From: Candidatus Saccharimonadota bacterium
GTDB lineage: Archaea; Nanobdellota; Nanobdellia; Pacearchaeales; GW2011-AR1
DNA length: 32,000 nt
Assembly (NCBI GenBank): GCA_026002795.1
Contig: BPGA01000001.1
Span: forward strand, 360,001-392,000
Direction of reading: 5' to 3'
Part shown: piece by piece, positions 30,344 through 32,000 of the stretch
How positions within the stretch are numbered: position 1 is the first letter of the stretch
Layout: every line of letters starts with the position of its first letter
The notes under the pieces: generated by a model
The model's database searches: none
The model's input: the letters and a program-made list of their open reading frames with translations, nothing else
Told to the model about the DNA's origin: nothing
Translations under genes and position numbers: made by a program

Positions 30344-30931
30344 TTAGAATCCTCTTAAATCTAATTCGTTGTTTATGAGTGTTACAACATGACTTGCAAA
30401 ATAAACTTTCGGTCCGACAGAGATTTTTTTTGAAATTTTTTTAAGTCTTTTAAGTTCTTTTTTTGGTAAGCCAAGATGATCGCCAATAACAAAAACAGAG
30501 TTTTTAGGAATATCTATATTTCTTAAGTTTTCTCCATTTTTATCCATAATAAAAATTTCATTTTTTTTACTTAATTCTTCTATAACCTCTAAAAAACTTT
30601 TTTTTTCTATATAACATCCAGGAACGGCCTCAATTTTTTTTCCTTCTTTATATTTATATAAAATTTTTTTGAGGAGGTTTGCTACATCTTTTTTACTTAA
30701 ATTTGTTTCTGGTTTTATAGACATTTCTATATGTTTTGGGGGATCCGGAGGTCCGTAAAAAATAAGGTGAAGTACTACATCATTTCTAATTGAATGTGAA
30801 AGGAAAAAAGAGTTTATTATAACATGTATTGCAATATCCATTCTTCCCGCTGACATTAAATTGATATTTTTTCCAGACAAGACTTTTCCAGAGGTTTTTG
30901 CTGTTGAGGAAAAATATACAAAAGTTCTCAT
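30344..30931 (-). CDS. trmY: tRNA (pseudouridine54-N1)-methyltransferase TrmY (SPOUT, DUF358)
   Basis: N-terminal pattern MRTFVYFSSTAKTSG...LMSAGRMDIAIHVIINSFFLSHSIRNDVVLHLIFYGPPDPPKHIEM and C-terminal FVIGDHLGLPKKE...ISVGPKVYFASHVVTLINNELD fit the TrmY family. It is adjacent to cbf5. Confidence 0.7.
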   Translation of the reverse strand: MRTFVYFSSTAKTSGKVLSGKNINLMSAGRMDIAIHVIINSFFLSHSIRNDVVLHLIFYGPPDPPKHIEMSIKPETNLSKKDVANLLKKILYKYKEGKKIEAVPGCYIEKKSFLEVIEELSKKNEIFIMDKNGENLRNIDIPKNSVFVIGDHLGLPKKELKRLKKISKKISVGPKVYFASHVVTLINNELDLRGF

Positions 30932-31055
30932 ATAAAAAAGATAAATATTAAATTATTAAATTTAATCATTTTTTAGCTGTAATGTTGTGAGTTAGCTTTT
31001 ATCTTTCTCAATTTTCTCAAATAAAAGATTATTTATTAACATCTTAACATCTACT

Positions 31056-31931
31056 TTAAGTATCATTAATTCTTTGAAAAACAAATTCTGGCTTAGCAAA
31101 AATTTTTTTATCTAAAACAACCCTAAAAACACCTATAAATTTTTCATCATCAAAAACACAAAAAATATCATTTAATTTAAGTCTTTCATCTTTTATAAGA
31201 AAATTTTTATAAATAGGGCTTCCATGAATAATTCTTTTTATGAACTCTTTTTTTATTCTTACAATAGGATATAGCTTTGATATTATTTCGCCAGGAATAA
31301 GCATATTCCTTAAAAACATTTCATTTCCATTTTTGTATTCTTTTACAGCTCTTTCAAAATCATATAGTGTATAGCTTTCATCTTCACTAAAAATACTTGC
31401 CTTTGTTCTTCTTAATTCTAGCATATGTGCACCAACTTTAAGTTCTGTTCCTAAATCGTGAATTAATTTTCTTATGTAAGTTCCTGCTTCACACTCAACC
31501 AGAAATAAAAATTCTTTTCCATTGATTTCAAGTATTTCAAATTTTTTTATTTCTCTTTCTCTTTCTTCTCTTTTAACATTAGATCTTACAGGAGGCTTTT
31601 GGATTATTGTTCCTAAAAATTTTTCTTTTATTTTATTTTTTACTTCTTCTAAAGAAAGTTCTTTATGGAGATGCATAATTCCAACATAAGTTTTATCTTT
31701 TTTTATGAAGAAGTCAGTTAGTCTACAAGCCCTATTTAGTGCAATAGGCAAAACACCAGTTACAGCAGGATCTAAAGTGCCAAAATGGCTTGTTTTTTTT
31801 AAATTTAGCTCTTTTTTTATGTATTCAGACACTTGAAAACTAGTTGGTCCTGACGGTTTATCAATATTTATAATTCCAAATTCTAAAAGCTCTTTTAAAG
31901 ATTTTTTTTGTTTAATTTTGTTTATATCCAT
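31056..31931 (-). CDS. cbf5: H/ACA RNP pseudouridine synthase Cbf5 (TruB family with C-terminal PUA domain)
   Basis: IINIDKPSGPTSFQVSEYIKK...HFGTLDPAVTGVLPIALNRACRL carries the catalytic Asp motif GTLDP. Also CEAGTYIRKLIHDLG, with a PUA-like C-terminus. Confidence 0.92.
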   Translation of the reverse strand: MDINKIKQKKSLKELLEFGIINIDKPSGPTSFQVSEYIKKELNLKKTSHFGTLDPAVTGVLPIALNRACRLTDFFIKKDKTYVGIMHLHKELSLEEVKNKIKEKFLGTIIQKPPVRSNVKREEREREIKKFEILEINGKEFLFLVECEAGTYIRKLIHDLGTELKVGAHMLELRRTKASIFSEDESYTLYDFERAVKEYKNGNEMFLRNMLIPGEIISKLYPIVRIKKEFIKRIIHGSPIYKNFLIKDERLKLNDIFCVFDDEKFIGVFRVVLDKKIFAKPEFVFQRINDT

Positions 31932-32000
31932 TTTATCTATTATCTTATTATATTGAAAAGAAAACTACTCTTTATAAAATTAGAAACTGAAAATTAATTT

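Noticed and set aside
1-32000. Looked for transposases, integrases, terminal inverted repeats, toxin-antitoxin pairs, restriction-modification or other defence genes, rRNA, and tRNA other than tRNA-Pro.
   Set aside because: None of the ORF translations show DDE, tyrosine or serine recombinase, Cas, REase or MTase motifs. No further cloverleaf-capable GC-rich segments were seen in the intergenic regions.

Overview
AT-rich, gene-dense archaeal window. Hand counts of sample 60-nt lines give about 25-30% G+C in most genes. The informational genes are clearly archaeal: Spt5, L11, L37Ae, RpoP, prefoldin beta, SepF, PCNA, PriS, Cbf5 and TrmY. Small Lys-rich proteins, a compact archaeosortase and a fused primase suggest a DPANN (Pace-/Woesearchaeota-like) genome; this is inference.

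Layout:
- (i) 1-3.8 kb, plus strand: TolB-like propeller (5' end open at the window edge), spt5-rpl11, tRNA-Pro(UGG), rpl37ae-rpoP-pfdB, sepF.
- (ii) 4.1-25.2 kb: a cell-envelope island in which nearly every gene encodes a secreted or membrane protein. It holds a CARDB-like surface protein with a C-terminal anchor, a divergent PAP2/archaeosortase pair, two anchored paralogs, and a G+C-enriched S-layer gene with a hairpin terminator. It also holds a seven-gene minus-strand operon of five class-III-signal (type IV pilin-like) proteins plus two very large Cys-rich proteins, and two further surface proteins that share a Cys-rich juxtamembrane module. Only a wHTH gene and the divergent PCNA/primase pair interrupt it.
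- (iii) 25.2-31.9 kb: one long minus-strand array of cbf5, trmY, a membrane protein, wHTH, acyP, class II lysS, an HD hydrolase, a histone-fold protein, an Hjc-like nuclease, a ComEA-like HhH protein and an unknown.

No CRISPR array, rRNA, transposase or integrase was seen.

The most interesting candidate for an undescribed system is the pilin-like + Cys-rich giant-protein operon at 12249-19900. It has no assembly ATPase, platform protein or prepilin peptidase nearby. Secondary candidates are the archaeosortase/PAP2/anchored-substrate locus, the Cys-free PriS-PriL-CTD-like fusion primase, and the histone/Hjc/ComEA-like cassette.

All functional calls rest on motif recognition by eye in the supplied translations. 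No database search was possible.
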